A stretch of DNA of 64,000 nucleotides from an uncultured Solirubrobacterales bacterium (GTDB lineage: Bacteria > Actinomycetota > Thermoleophilia > Solirubrobacterales > 70-9): assembly GCA_963807885.1 (NCBI GenBank), contig CAWEDL010000003.1, positions 343,010-407,009 on the forward strand, in the 5' to 3' direction. Each line of letters starts with the position of its first letter. The stretch's first letter is position 1. The notes under the pieces are model-generated. The model worked only from the letters and a program-made list of their open reading frames with translations, was not told the origin of the DNA and searched no databases. Positions 61,906-64,000 of the stretch are shown piece after piece. The position numbers were made by a program, and so were the translations under genes.

Positions 61906-62696
61906 TGGAAGCCGCCGTCCAGATCCCGGCCTGGCGCGCCAACCTGGCGACGATCGGCGCGCTGATGTCGCGGGCCAAGAACGAGCTGCTGCGCGTGCCC
62001 GGCGCGGCGATCCCGGGGGTGCTGGCTCCGACCATCTTCTTCCTCGGCCTCAACGGCGTCTTCGGCGCCCTCACCCAACTGCGCGGCTTCGACACCAATA
62101 CGTACGAGAGCTTCATCGTCCCGGTCAGCATGCTCCAGGGGGCCGGCTTCACCGGCGCCGCGGCGGGCGTCAACCTGGCCCGCGACATCGAGCAGGGCTG
62201 GCTCGACCGGCTGCTCGTCTCCCCCGCGCCCCGCTGGGTGCTGCTCGCCGGCACGGTGCTCGCCGCGAGCGCGCGGGCGCTGATCCCCGCCAGCTTCGTG
62301 CTGGCGATCGCCCTGGCGCTCGGCGCCGGCTGGCCGGGAATCGACGGGCTGCTCGTCACCTACTCGATGGTCGCCACGATGGCCGCGGTCGCCGCCTGCT
62401 GGGGATCGTTCTTGGCGCTGCGCTTCAAGAGCCAGTCCGCGGCGCCGCTGATGCAGGCGGGAATGATGGCGCTGATCCTGACCACGACCGCCTACGCCCC
62501 GCTCGCCCTGCTGCAGGGCTGGCTGGCCGACATCGCCCGCGTCAACCCCGTCACCCAGGTACTCGAAGCGGCACGGCAGGGCTTCGTCGGCGAAGTCACC
62601 TGGGCCGAAACCTGGCCGGGGATCTTGGCGCTCGCCGGCCTGCTGGCGATCCTCGGCGCGCTGGCGCTGCGCGAAATGCGCCGCACCGGAGCGTGA
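61905..62696 (+). CDS. ABC-2 type transporter permease
   Basis: 263 aa, 6 TM. Its ATG shares a base with the previous TGA. Confidence 0.85.
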   Translation: MEAAVQIPAWRANLATIGALMSRAKNELLRVPGAAIPGVLAPTIFFLGLNGVFGALTQLRGFDTNTYESFIVPVSMLQGAGFTGAAAGVNLARDIEQGWLDRLLVSPAPRWVLLAGTVLAASARALIPASFVLAIALALGAGWPGIDGLLVTYSMVATMAAVAACWGSFLALRFKSQSAAPLMQAGMMALILTTTAYAPLALLQGWLADIARVNPVTQVLEAARQGFVGEVTWAETWPGILALAGLLAILGALALREMRRTGA

Positions 62697-63874
62697 CCTC
62701 GGCGAGAGAGCTTGCCGAGGACGTGCTGCGGCGGGGTTGGTTGGAGGGAGCACGCGGGGGCACTCGGTTCGCCTACACGCGGCCGAGTCCGGGGCGCTAC
62801 CCGTGGCAGTGGTATTGGGACTCCTGCTTTGCCGCGATCGCCCGGCGGCACTTCGACCCCAAACGTGCACAGATAGAGCTGGAGACCCTGCTTGCCGCCC
62901 AGCGCGAGGATGGCTTCATCGGCCACACGGTCTTCTGGGACCGGCCCGTCTCACTGCAGCGCTACCTCTTCTACAACGTCACCTCGCGCGGTTCGTTGCA
63001 GACCGAGACGATCCAGCCGCCGCTGCTCGCCTGGGCCTGGCGGATCGCCGTCGGCGACCCGGCGGCGGAGCCCCGCATCGCCGCTCAAGCGGACTGGCTG
63101 CTCGCCAACCGAGACCTCGACGGCGACGGCTTGCTCTGGATCGTCCAGCCGGACGAGTCCGGGCTCGACGCCTCGCCGAAATTCGAGCCGGTCTGGGGCC
63201 GGCGGGCCAACGGGCTCGGCTTCCCCCTGCTCGTGCAGCGCAACCGGCGGCTTGGCTTCGACGCCCGCCGGATCCGCGAGCGCGGCGGCCCGGTCCTCTG
63301 CGAGACCCTGGCCAACACGCTCTGGTCGCTCTCGCTCCAGGCGCTCGGCCGCCGCTCGGCAACTCCCGCCTTGGTCGATCGACTCTGGGACGAGCGCCGC
63401 GGCCTCTTCCTCGACGAGGCCCAACCTGGAGGCGATCGGCCCGTCGTCACCACCTGGGCGGCCCTTGCCCCACTCGCCCTGCCCGACCTGCCCGAGGAGA
63501 TCGGCCGGCGGATGGTCGAGGAGCACCTGCTCTCCCCGCGCGAGTTCCTCACCCCCGTCGCCCCGCCCTCGGTCGCCCTCAGCGAGCCCAGCTACGAACA
63601 GGGCGACGGCCACGGCCTGATCCGCCGCTACTGGCGCGGCCCCACCTGGATCAACGCCGCCTGGCTGCTCTGGCTGGGCCTGCGCCGCCTCGGCTACCAC
63701 CAGGAGGCCGACAGAATGGCCAGCGGTCTGATCGATGCGGTAGAGCGAGAAGGCCTACGCGAGTACTACGACCCGCACACGGGAAGAGGGATGGGCGCCA
63801 AGGACTTTGCCTGGTCAGCGCTCATCGCCGAGATGGCGGATCCGAACCCAAAGGCAGCCGGCAGTTATTTGTAG
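62693..63874 (+). CDS. (alpha/alpha)6-barrel glycoside hydrolase, GH63 / MGH1-like
   Basis: 393 aa with [13 protein letters not shown] and [20 protein letters not shown] motifs. 4-nt overlap with the permease. Confidence 0.7.
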   Translation: MTSARELAEDVLRRGWLEGARGGTRFAYTRPSPGRYPWQWYWDSCFAAIARRHFDPKRAQIELETLLAAQREDGFIGHTVFWDRPVSLQRYLFYNVTSRGSLQTETIQPPLLAWAWRIAVGDPAAEPRIAAQADWLLANRDLDGDGLLWIVQPDESGLDASPKFEPVWGRRANGLGFPLLVQRNRRLGFDARRIRERGGPVLCETLANTLWSLSLQALGRRSATPALVDRLWDERRGLFLDEAQPGGDRPVVTTWAALAPLALPDLPEEIGRRMVEEHLLSPREFLTPVAPPSVALSEPSYEQGDGHGLIRRYWRGPTWINAAWLLWLGLRRLGYHQEADRMASGLIDAVEREGLREYYDPHTGRGMGAKDFAWSALIAEMADPNPKAAGSYL

Positions 63875-64000
63875 CGATAGGTGATACGACCTCGGTCGAG
63901 GTCGTATGGAGACAACTCGATCTTCACCCGGTCGCCGGGGAGGATGCGGATGTAGTGGCGGCGCATCTTGCCCGAGATATGGCCGAGGACCTCGTGGTCG
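63865..64000 (-). CDS. infA: translation initiation factor IF-1 (C-terminal part, 5' end outside window)
   Basis: The reverse strand gives ...[44 protein letters not shown], stop TAA at 63865-63867. Confidence 0.9.
   Translation of the reverse strand, partial: DHEVLGHISGKMRRHYIRILPGDRVKIELSPYDLDRGRITYRYK

Overview
This is a high-GC (roughly 70%) bacterial chromosomal window. Codon usage and gene content look Actinomycetota-like, which is an inference only. I can support about 70 protein-coding genes and 3 tRNAs: His-GTG, Arg-TCT and Pro-TGG. I found no rRNA, CRISPR array, transposase, integrase or recognisable defence system.

Gene content, left to right:
- Lon protease, followed by HxlR.
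- An NhaA-DsbA fusion.
- A cNMP-binding / TrxR-like fusion.
- Nramp and ZIP metal transporters.
- A sugar ABC operon with a GDE-like hydrolase.
- Photolyase.
- A beta-oxidation cluster (thiolase, acyl-CoA dehydrogenase, enoyl-CoA hydratase, hydroxyacyl-CoA dehydrogenase) ending in an alkyl-sulfatase.
- greA and trxB.
- A 12-kb respiratory super-locus at 43.6-56.0 kb.
- A GT4 glycosyltransferase.
- A small AtzG-like protein plus an amidase and an ABC-2 exporter.
- A GH63-like hydrolase and infA.

Main points of interest:
1. A translationally coupled CoxII-like/CoxI-like pair sits directly upstream of ctaB. It has lost the CuA ligands and 5 of the 6 canonical metal-ligand histidines, while a canonical ctaCDE set lies 8 kb away.
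2. The canonical cta operon is interrupted by USP-like proteins and by a 7-repeat Cys-paired beta-propeller, all with overlapping stop/start codons.
3. A low-GC HTH gene overlaps tRNA-Pro and is preceded by a near-consensus LexA (GAAC-N4-GTTC) box.
4. At least 22 single-base indels break otherwise well-conserved genes between 22.9 and 38.4 kb, and two more lie in the cta operon. About ten of them sit at CGCG tetranucleotides. This looks more like a sequence-quality artefact than decay, but I cannot decide that without reads.
5. Several genes have conserved N-termini lying upstream of any ATG/GTG/TTG codon.

All functional calls come from motif recognition by eye. No database search was run.
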